DNA of 24,000 nt from Amycolatopsis sp. NBC_00345 (lineage in GTDB: Bacteria > Actinomycetota > Actinomycetes > Mycobacteriales > Pseudonocardiaceae): positions 2,163,229 through 2,187,228 of the forward strand of contig NZ_CP107995.1 in assembly GCF_036116635.1 (NCBI RefSeq), written 5' to 3'. The translations under genes and the position numbers were made by a program. Within the stretch, counting starts at the first letter, position 1. Every line of letters begins with the position of its first letter. A model generated the notes under the pieces. That model was not told the DNA's origin, made no database searches, and saw only the letters and a program-made list of their open reading frames with translations. Below, one piece after another: positions 14,328 to 22,074 of this stretch.

Positions 14328-15230
14328 TCAATGCCGTTTGTCCCAGGAGTAGTTCTTGAGCGCCGGCGGTGTGTCGGCGCCGGTGCTTTCGGTCTGCGGC
14401 GACAGGGTGGGGATGCACAGCTTGTAGGTGAGGTAACTACAGCTGTCGCAAGGGGGAATGGGGGGAAGCGCGACCGGCTTGGCCGGGGTGGCCACCTTGG
14501 GCGCGGTCAGGTTCGCGGCGGTCGCGGCGCCGAGGTGCTCGAAGTGGTTGCGGGCGTCGCTGAGACTCCAGCTGTTGTCGGGGTCCACCTCCCACAGGTA
14601 GTCCGAGATGACCCCGACTTCGGCGCACCGGCCGTGTCCGTTCCCCATCGGGTATTCGTTGTTGTTCTGGTCGCGGTTGGGCTTGTTGACGTTGTCTTCT
14701 TTTTCGCCGATATCGGAAAGTATGCTGCTGACCAGCGGATGGACGTGGGGGTCGCCCTGTTTCATGCTGGTGTGATCGGAGATGCGGGCTCCCGCGACCA
14801 GCGCGCCCGCCATCCCGGGCCTGGTGTTGTTGCTGCGGTCCTTGACCTGGTCGGCGAGCGCGTGGGAGGTGCTGTCGAGCGCGTGGTCCGCGAGGTGGTC
14901 GTCTTCCCAGGGGGTGGCCGAGAAGGCCTTGAGCGGGTGGGCGTCGCCCCGGGCCGGGTTCTTCTGGTGCTGGGTTCCTTCGCCGGTGAGGACGGGGGTG
15001 GCCGGATTGGCGGGCCGCGGCCGGTCGTATTTCCCCTTTTGCCCCACGGGGAGTGTTTCATTGTCCTTGACTGCGTCGTTCCACTGGACTTCCTTGTTCT
15101 TCTTCCGGCGCTTGGCCGGTCCTTGGTCGTCGGCCGGTTCATCGGGCACGGTCCGGTTCTTTTCGCGGTTCTCCGTGGCGGCCACCAGATACGCGGTGAG
15201 CTGCGCGGCGAAGTCGTGGGGCTGGCTCAT
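14328..15230 (-). CDS. Nucleic-acid deaminase-like toxin candidate (cytidine-deaminase-like superfamily, YwqJ-like/SCP1.201-like pattern) with a charged, disordered N-terminal region
   Basis: Zinc/catalytic motifs: GHGRCAEVGVISDYL (CAE at nt 14619-14627) and PPCDSC (PCDSC at nt 14439-14453), preceded by HPLVSSIL. The spacing from Glu to the PC motif is 55 aa, longer than the classic spacing. The N-terminal ~100 aa are Lys/Asp/Pro-rich (NREKNRTVPDEPADDQGPAKRRKKNKEVQWNDAVKDNETLPVGQKGKYDRPRPANP). There is no signal peptide. GGAG lies upstream of the ATG at 15230. Confidence 0.65.
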   Translation of the reverse strand: MSQPHDFAAQLTAYLVAATENREKNRTVPDEPADDQGPAKRRKKNKEVQWNDAVKDNETLPVGQKGKYDRPRPANPATPVLTGEGTQHQKNPARGDAHPLKAFSATPWEDDHLADHALDSTSHALADQVKDRSNNTRPGMAGALVAGARISDHTSMKQGDPHVHPLVSSILSDIGEKEDNVNKPNRDQNNNEYPMGNGHGRCAEVGVISDYLWEVDPDNSWSLSDARNHFEHLGAATAANLTAPKVATPAKPVALPPIPPCDSCSYLTYKLCIPTLSPQTESTGADTPPALKNYSWDKRH

Positions 15231-15275
15231 GGGACTCCGATCTCGAGGTGGCCGACAGGTCGTGGGGTTATTCGT

Positions 15276-18200
15276 TCAGTCCCCGGGCCACCAGCGCCGC
15301 AACGGCGAGTCTCCGGTTCGCCGGCGGTACGCGGTGGCGGCGACGGTGGCGACGCCGAGGAGAAGGAGGCCGCCGCCGATGACGATTCCCGCGGCCAGCG
15401 GCACGCCGGTGTAGGCCAGCTTTCCCGGGTTCGAGGTGCCGGGGCCGGTCCCGCCGGTCGCCTTCCCGACGGTGCCACCGGCGTTCACGGCAGCACTCGT
15501 ACTGCCGGTGCCTCCGCTGGTATTCGGCCCCAGACCACCGGACTGGCCGGTGCCCGGACTGGCGGCCTTGCTGTCCGGTGGAGCCTGCCCGGCAGTGACG
15601 GTGACCGTCGCCGAGTCGGTCCCGGTCAGCGGCTGGCCGATGTCGGCGCCGTTCACCCGGGGAGTGGCCGAATAGGACGAGGTGTTCGTGAGGTCGGTGC
15701 TGCTTTCGTCCGCGGGGGCGGCGGCGGTGCACGTGACGCCGTTGGCGGCGCCGACTTGCAGGCCGTCGCCGTTCAGCGTGAAGTCGCAGTCGTGAGCGCT
15801 GTCGTTGCGCACGTCGACGGTCAGCGGCACATCCCCGGTATTGCGGATGGTCACGGAGAACGTGACTTTCTGGCCGTGCTTCGCCTCCTGCGGATCGGCC
15901 GTGGTGCTGATGGCGAGGGCCGGGTTGATCACCGTCACCCGCAGCGGCGGCGAACCGACCCGCATCTCCCGGTTCGCCTGGTCGACGGCCGAGGCGGTGG
16001 CCTGGTTGTCGAAGCTCCGGTCGGGTTTGGCCGTGCACTCGGCCGTCGCGCTCTGCCCCGGGGCGAGCTGCGCGATCGGCTGCGGCCGGCAGTCGGGCAG
16101 GGTCGGGCTGGCCACCGCGATGTTGGTCACCGGGCCGTCCTGGGCGGTGCCGGTGTTCTGGACGGTGAACGTCACCTTGACCTGGTCGCCGTGCCGGACG
16201 AGGGGCTGGTCGACCTGCTGGCTCAAGGTGATCAGCGGCGCCAGCACGGTGATGGTGACGGGGGCCGCGGCCGCGTTCACCGCGTCGCCGTTCACATCCT
16301 CGGCCGTCACAGCGGCTTCCAGCGTGAGCGGCCCGATCTCCGTGGGCTGCGCGTCACAGCTGACTTCGGCCGACGCGCCGGGTCCGAGCACGGGAACCGG
16401 TGGCGCGCTGCAGATTTTCGGCGCTGACGCCACAAGGTTCGTGAGCGTCTCCTCGGGTTGGTCACCGTCGTTGTGCAGACCGAAGGTCAGCCGGACCGTG
16501 TCACCGGGATACAGGCTGGTCTTGTCCACCGAGGTGGTGATACTGACCGCCGGGTCGATCACGGTGGTCGTGATGGGCTGTCCGCGCACCGTCACCGTCC
16601 CTTGTGGAATGGTTCCGGTCATCGTGCCCGAACTGGTGAAGGTCTGCGCGGGAGCGGTGGCCGTACAGGAGAACTCCATCGGCGTTCCCGGGGACAGGGT
16701 GGCGGCCGGTGCTGCGCACTCCGGGGCCGCCGAGTCGGCGTAGCCCACGCCGGTCACGTCCGTGGTGGTGTTGTTGCCCAGCCGCACCGCGAAGTTCAGC
16801 TTGGCGCCCTCGCGGACCACGAGCCGGTCCGGCACCCGTTCGACGGTGTAGTCCGCGGGCGTCACCTGGACCGTCGCGCTCGCGGAGGCCTGCACGGTGT
16901 TCCGGCGGCCGGTCGTGCCGATCAGGTAGGTCCCGGTGACCGTGGCGTCGGTGGTGAACGCGGGCGCGGTGCGGGCGGGCTGGACGCAGCGCACGTCGGC
17001 GGATTCGCCGGGGCCGAGGGACGGCAGGGCGAGCGGCGTGCAGCGGATGCCCGGATCCGCGCTGGTGTCCTCGCGCGTCTTGAGGCCGACGTCCAGGTCG
17101 CTCAGCCGCAGCGCCCCGTCGTTGCGGATCCGCAGGTTGAACGTGGCGAGGTCGCCTTGGCCGATGGGCGTGGCCGGGCCGGTCATGGTCAGCGACACCG
17201 CGGGCGCGACGGTTTCGGCCAGCACGATGTTCTGCAGGACCACGAAGTCGTCGACGCTGTCGATCCCGATCTTGATGGACCCGTCGGTGTTGTCGGCCAG
17301 CGTGGGCTTGACCGTTTTGGCGTCCACGCTGAGATTGTTCGTGGTCCGCTTGACCGGGTCGAGCGGGTCGATCGCGCCGACGGCACACGAGCGGAAGAAG
17401 TCCACTGTGGTGTTTTCGCCGGAACACGGCTCGGCCATGGGGGTGCCGTCGACCGAGAAGGTCTCCTGGCCCAGGCCCCGGTCGCCGTCGTACCCGGTCA
17501 GGCCGACCGTGATGTCCGCGGTGGAGCGTTTCGGCGACACGCCGGGCAGCACGACACTGGTGCCGGTCAACGACGGCGTGAGGCCGGGCAGCAGGCCGGC
17601 CACCCCGTCCACCACCGGCCCGAGCGGCGCGGGCAGGCCGCCGGGCAGCAGCGGGTCGAGCAGCCCGGACAGAGCCGCGCTCTGTGGCATGTCCTGGGAG
17701 TAGAGGTCGATCACCCGGGGCACGAGGTAGGGCGCGTGCGGCTGGCCGTAGTCGAACACCACCACGATCGACCAGCCCCCCGCGCACCCCGGCCCGGACG
17801 GCGCCCACACGTTGCTCACCGAGAGCTTGACCGCGCCGCCGGTCGGCGCGCCGGCGAACGTGCCGGTGACGTCGGCCCAGTCGGTGTAGATCTGGCCGGC
17901 CTCGGCCAGCCCGTCCGTGGTGGTGAAGTGCGCCGGGTCGAGGACGGCCGCCTGCGGTTCGCCACCGGCGACCGCGATCCGGGGGCGCTGCTGGGCCGGG
18001 GCCGCCGCGGCCGGTTGGGGCGGCGCCTCGCCTTGCTGCATAAGGGGAGGGAGACAGTTGACGCCCGAGAACCCCGAGACCTTCCCGGTGTGCCCGCCCC
18101 AGTTCAGCTGCGCGTACCGCACCGTGGCGCCGCTCGGGACGGTGACTTCGGCGCTGCTGGAGTTGAACGAGTCGGTGCGGCCGTCGTCCCTCGCCTGGTG

Positions 18201-18527
18201 CAGGTAGTAGCCGTTGTTGTCGGCGCTGTTGTCCCGCGGGGCGGGCTGCGTGCTTTCGGTGGCGGCTTGGCAGGTGGCCGGCGGATTGTCGCCCGCGACC
18301 TCGTCGCCGGTCGGGCAGCGCAGCGAGCTGTTGCCGGCCATGACCACGTCCCCGTACACCGAGTCCCGGTAGGTCGGCTGCACGGTCGGGCTCATGGGGT
18401 CCGAGCCGTCCTGGGCCACGCGTTCGACGGCGCTCGGATCCCCGGGGTCGCCGGGCGCGCCGGGCGCGAACACCAGCGGGGCCGCGGCGAGGAGCAGGAG
18501 GACCACGACGAGCGAGTACCGGAACAT
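15276..18527 (-). CDS. LAxTG (sortase)-anchored cell-surface protein: signal peptide, ~420-aa N-terminal domain, five Ig-like DUF11/CARDB-type repeats, Gly/Ser/Thr stalk
   Basis: Signal peptide MFRYSLVVVLLLLAAAPLVFAPG. Repeats resemble ITLSQQVDQPLVRHGDQVKVTFTVQNTGTAQDGPVTNIAVASP.... C-terminal sorting signal: GKLAYTGVPLAAGIVIGGGLLLLGVATVAATAYRRRTG (LAYTG, hydrophobic span, basic tail). An agagggg RBS precedes the ATG at 18527, which is 18 nt after the DUF4255 gene stop. Confidence 0.85.
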   Translation of the reverse strand: MFRYSLVVVLLLLAAAPLVFAPGAPGDPGDPSAVERVAQDGSDPMSPTVQPTYRDSVYGDVVMAGNSSLRCPTGDEVAGDNPPATCQAATESTQPAPRDNSADNNGYYLHQARDDGRTDSFNSSSAEVTVPSGATVRYAQLNWGGHTGKVSGFSGVNCLPPLMQQGEAPPQPAAAAPAQQRPRIAVAGGEPQAAVLDPAHFTTTDGLAEAGQIYTDWADVTGTFAGAPTGGAVKLSVSNVWAPSGPGCAGGWSIVVVFDYGQPHAPYLVPRVIDLYSQDMPQSAALSGLLDPLLPGGLPAPLGPVVDGVAGLLPGLTPSLTGTSVVLPGVSPKRSTADITVGLTGYDGDRGLGQETFSVDGTPMAEPCSGENTTVDFFRSCAVGAIDPLDPVKRTTNNLSVDAKTVKPTLADNTDGSIKIGIDSVDDFVVLQNIVLAETVAPAVSLTMTGPATPIGQGDLATFNLRIRNDGALRLSDLDVGLKTREDTSADPGIRCTPLALPSLGPGESADVRCVQPARTAPAFTTDATVTGTYLIGTTGRRNTVQASASATVQVTPADYTVERVPDRLVVREGAKLNFAVRLGNNTTTDVTGVGYADSAAPECAAPAATLSPGTPMEFSCTATAPAQTFTSSGTMTGTIPQGTVTVRGQPITTTVIDPAVSITTSVDKTSLYPGDTVRLTFGLHNDGDQPEETLTNLVASAPKICSAPPVPVLGPGASAEVSCDAQPTEIGPLTLEAAVTAEDVNGDAVNAAAAPVTITVLAPLITLSQQVDQPLVRHGDQVKVTFTVQNTGTAQDGPVTNIAVASPTLPDCRPQPIAQLAPGQSATAECTAKPDRSFDNQATASAVDQANREMRVGSPPLRVTVINPALAISTTADPQEAKHGQKVTFSVTIRNTGDVPLTVDVRNDSAHDCDFTLNGDGLQVGAANGVTCTAAAPADESSTDLTNTSSYSATPRVNGADIGQPLTGTDSATVTVTAGQAPPDSKAASPGTGQSGGLGPNTSGGTGSTSAAVNAGGTVGKATGGTGPGTSNPGKLAYTGVPLAAGIVIGGGLLLLGVATVAATAYRRRTGDSPLRRWWPGD
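15405..15419 (-). other. LAYTG sortase recognition motif (LAxTG class, typical of actinomycete class E sortase substrates)
   Basis: The reverse complement of 15405-15419 is ctggcctacaccggc, encoding L-A-Y-T-G. A 23-aa hydrophobic segment and RRR follow. Confidence 0.8.
15594..17201 (-). repeat. Array of five ~105-aa Ig-like (DUF11-type) domains within the surface protein (aa ~443-978)
   Basis: Each unit has a ...G..v.f.v...N.G... strand pattern and exactly two Cys 17-19 residues apart: IRCTP..DVRCVQ, APECAA..EFSCTA, KICSAP..EVSCDA, LPDCRP..TAECTA, AHDCDF..GVTCTA. Confidence 0.7.
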
Positions 18528-18545
18528 GGGCGTGCCCCTCTGCTG

Positions 18546-19235
18546 TCAGCGCTCGGTGATGGAGGTCCGGCGCCACCGGGGCCGGGGCTCGGGCGGAAGC
18601 CCCCGCACGGTGTCGTGGACCTCGAGCTCGGCGGTCTTGACCGGAGGGGCGGGCGGGCGCAGCCGGGACGGCTGGACGGGGGCGGTGACCGTCAGGTCCA
18701 CTGCGGTGCGCATCGGCACGCCCAGGGCCGGCCACAGGTCGTGGCCGCGCCCGCCCGGGGTCCAGCCCAGCCGGACCGGGAGCGCCGTGTCGAGTTCGCG
18801 CAGGCAGCCTCGCAGGTGCTCGGCGCCGAGCGTGTCCTTTTCGGCGTGGGCGCCGATCACCGCGCCGAGCAGCTCGGCTTCCTCTTCGGTGTCCGCCGCC
18901 CACGCGGTGACCAGGTAGGTCAGGTGGTAGTTGCGGGCCGGGGCGACGGTGCCGGTGAGCCGGCCCTCGTCGTTGAGCACGCGCACCCGGGCCGCCGGGA
19001 TGCCGTCGAGGTCCTCGGTGATGCCGTAGAGGAAGACGTTCACGATCCCGGCCCGCTGCGGCCGCCGCGCCATGCCCGCGAGCACGTGGGGCGGGTCGAA
19101 CCCGATCACCGTGCCGGGCGACAGCTCGGCGGTCAGCCATTCGCGAAGGGAGGAAGCCAGGTCAGCCAGCACGTCCCGAGCTTCGCCCACGGCACGGGGC
19201 GCGGACAGCGTGGCCGCGGCCCGCCGCACGGCCAC
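18546..19235 (-). CDS. DUF4255 / Pvc16(Afp16)-like contractile-injection-system tail terminator (cap) protein
   Basis: The hallmark N-terminal-domain motif GIVNVFLYGITEDLDG is followed by ...YHLTYLVTAWA.DTEEEAELLG.... The GTG start at 19235 is uncertain, with an alternative GTG at 19190. The gene is divergent from the sheath gene. Confidence 0.7.
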   Translation of the reverse strand: MAVRRAAATLSAPRAVGEARDVLADLASSLREWLTAELSPGTVIGFDPPHVLAGMARRPQRAGIVNVFLYGITEDLDGIPAARVRVLNDEGRLTGTVAPARNYHLTYLVTAWAADTEEEAELLGAVIGAHAEKDTLGAEHLRGCLRELDTALPVRLGWTPGGRGHDLWPALGVPMRTAVDLTVTAPVQPSRLRPPAPPVKTAELEVHDTVRGLPPEPRPRWRRTSITER

Positions 19236-19365
19236 TCCGGATTGCCTCGAAGGGCAACCGGGGCTTGACCACGACTGTGCGCGTCAGCCCCGTGGCAACG
19301 GCGGCCGCGGCTGCCAGCCTGAAACGCAGCTGTTCATCTCGGAATCGCTCGGACTGGGAGACTCG
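19236..19365. promoter_or_regulatory. 130-bp divergent intergenic region between the cap-like gene and the sheath gene; presumed CIS promoters
   Basis: This is the only non-coding DNA between the two divergent gene strings. It contains a TTGACC hexamer (19264-19270 region) and a short TTGCC-N6-GGCAA inverted repeat (19242-19257). Neither is sufficient to call a promoter or operator. Confidence 0.35.
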
Positions 19366-20898
<1,533 letters not shown>

Positions 20899-20933
20899 CC
20901 ACCAGTTTTCCTGAACCTTACAAGGGATGAGCC

Positions 20934-21446
20934 ATGCCACGAACAGGACTTCGCTCCCAGACGGCCGATCTCGACACCACGAACACCCTGGTCAGCGCCG
21001 CGCGGTTCGTCATTCAGTTCGACGGGAACACCACCAGCAACGGGATCTCCTTCTCCGAGCTGTCGGGCATCACCTCCGAGGTCGAGGTGACGGAGTACAT
21101 GTCCAGCAACTCGCTGGGGGTGTCGCTGTCGAAGGTGTACGGCCGGACCAAGCCCGCGACCGTCACGCTCAAGCGCGGGGTGGACCAGGACCAGACGCTG
21201 TGGGGCTGGCACCAGCAGGTGCTCCGCGGCGACCCGACGGGCCGCAAGAGCTGTTCGCTGCTCCTGCTCGACTCGACCGGTGCGGTGAAGCAGACGTACC
21301 ATCTGCTCAACGCGTGGCCGTCCAAACTGGACGTCGGCAACTTCAAGGCCGGCGGCAGCGACGCGGCGGTCGCGACGGTCACGCTCGTCTGCGAGCAGAT
21401 CGACCTGGAGAACGGGTCCGGGCCCAGCGGACCGGGCGGTAATTGA
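20934..21446 (+). CDS. Tail tube protein (T4 gp19-like / eCIS Afp1/Cis1-like), 170 aa
   Basis: AAGGGA RBS 6 nt upstream of the ATG. Sequence: FVIQFDGNTTSNGISFSELSGITSEVEVTEYMSSN...KPATVTLKRGVDQDQTLWGWHQQVLRG...CSLLLLDSTGAVKQTYHLLNAWPSKLDVGNFKAGGSDAAVATVTLVCEQIDL. This matches the conserved phage-tail-region tube pattern. It carries a ~25-aa N-terminal extension. Confidence 0.88.
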   Translation: MPRTGLRSQTADLDTTNTLVSAARFVIQFDGNTTSNGISFSELSGITSEVEVTEYMSSNSLGVSLSKVYGRTKPATVTLKRGVDQDQTLWGWHQQVLRGDPTGRKSCSLLLLDSTGAVKQTYHLLNAWPSKLDVGNFKAGGSDAAVATVTLVCEQIDLENGSGPSGPGGN

Positions 21447-21835
21447 TGGCCGCCGTCGCCGAGCACCCCGTGCTGCGCACCGAGTACCCGTTCGCACTGC
21501 CGCGCGGCTACGTGGACGAGCAGGGCAAGCTCCACCGGGACGGGCTGCTGCGGCTGGCCACCGCCAAGGACGAGCTCGTCGCCCAGGCCGAGCCGCTGGT
21601 CCGGCAGAACCCCGCGTACCTGTCGGTCTACCTGATCATGCAGACGGTGACCAGGCTGGGCGCGCTGCCGGGGGTGGACCGGTTCGTCGTCGAGCATCTT
21701 TTCGCGTCGGACCTGGCTTTCCTGCAGGACCTCTACCGCCGGGTCAACCAGCAGGGCCACACCGAGGCCGAGGTGGCTTGCCCGGAGTGCGGGCACCAGT
21801 TCCTGGTCGACGTCGCGGGTGCGGCGCCGTCGTGA
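21446..21835 (+). CDS. Small CIS-associated protein with a C-terminal Zn-ribbon-like CPECGHQF, in the tail-assembly-chaperone position
   Basis: The ATG at 21446 overlaps the tube stop codon (tTGATGg). Sequence: AEHPVLRTEYPFALPRGYVDEQGKLHRDGLLRLATAKDELV...NPAYLSVYLIMQTVTRLG...FLQDLYRRVNQQGHTEAEVACPECGHQF. Function is inferred from position after the tube gene. Confidence 0.7.
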   Translation: MAAVAEHPVLRTEYPFALPRGYVDEQGKLHRDGLLRLATAKDELVAQAEPLVRQNPAYLSVYLIMQTVTRLGALPGVDRFVVEHLFASDLAFLQDLYRRVNQQGHTEAEVACPECGHQFLVDVAGAAPS

Positions 21836-22047
21836 CCGAGGCGACGGAGCGGTTCGCGGGCCGGCGTGTGGACCGGCTTGCGGACCGGTTCACGGACCGG
21901 CTGTGGGAGGAGATCGTCTACATCGCCTACCACCTGCACTGGTCGCTCGACTCGATCCTGGACCTCGACCATGCGACGAGGGCCAGGGTGATCACCGAAA
22001 TCGGCGTCATCAACGCCCGCCTGGACGGGGCGGTTCCGGAGGACTGA
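21832..22047 (+). CDS. Small CIS-associated 'HWS-motif' protein (resembles the DUF6760-like family I recall from eCIS loci), 71 aa
   Basis: GTG at 21832 overlaps the upstream stop (GTGA). Sequence: RLWEEIVYIAYHLHWSLDSILDLDHATRARVITEIGVINARL. The family name is from memory and not verified. Confidence 0.6.
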   Translation: MTEATERFAGRRVDRLADRFTDRLWEEIVYIAYHLHWSLDSILDLDHATRARVITEIGVINARLDGAVPED

Positions 22048-22074
22048 GTTCCCGGAGGGCTGAGGGAGGGTGCG

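Noticed and set aside
14600-15100. Local GC dip (about 55% over 14641-14760) inside the deaminase gene as a sign of recent horizontal transfer
   Set aside because: Third-position GC in the called frame stays high (AAG, AAC, GAC, GAG dominate). The dip comes from the Lys/Asn/Asp/Glu-rich amino-acid composition rather than foreign codon usage. Transfer cannot be excluded, but composition does not show it.
19242-19257. TTGCC-N6-GGCAA inverted repeat next to the DUF4255 start, as a LuxR-type operator
   Set aside because: The arms are only 5 bp. A match of this size is not improbable by chance in a 130-bp region, and no second copy occurs elsewhere in the window.
16458-19268. 936-aa plus-strand ORF and 879-aa minus-strand ORF (16501..19140) spanning the surface-protein and DUF4255 genes
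   Set aside because: These are shadow frames of the 15276..18527 gene. Their composition (RGRRAG..., HRRPGP...) is typical of off-frame high-GC translation. The called frame has a signal peptide, Ig-like repeats and an LAYTG sorting signal.
20927-21442. Track ORF 20927..21442 (171 aa) overlapping the tube gene in another frame
   Set aside because: Its translation is Arg/Gly/His-rich with no motif. The 20934 frame gives a canonical tail-tube sequence with an AAGGGA RBS.
21778-21835. Programmed -1 ribosomal frameshift between the two small CIS ORFs, by analogy with the phage G/GT or E/E+E' tail chaperones; the second ORF is in the -1 frame and that frame is open upstream of 21832
   Set aside because: I found no X XXY YYZ slippery heptamer in the overlap (ctg cag gac ... 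gcg ccg tcg tga). A GTGA start/stop overlap explains the arrangement as ordinary translational coupling.
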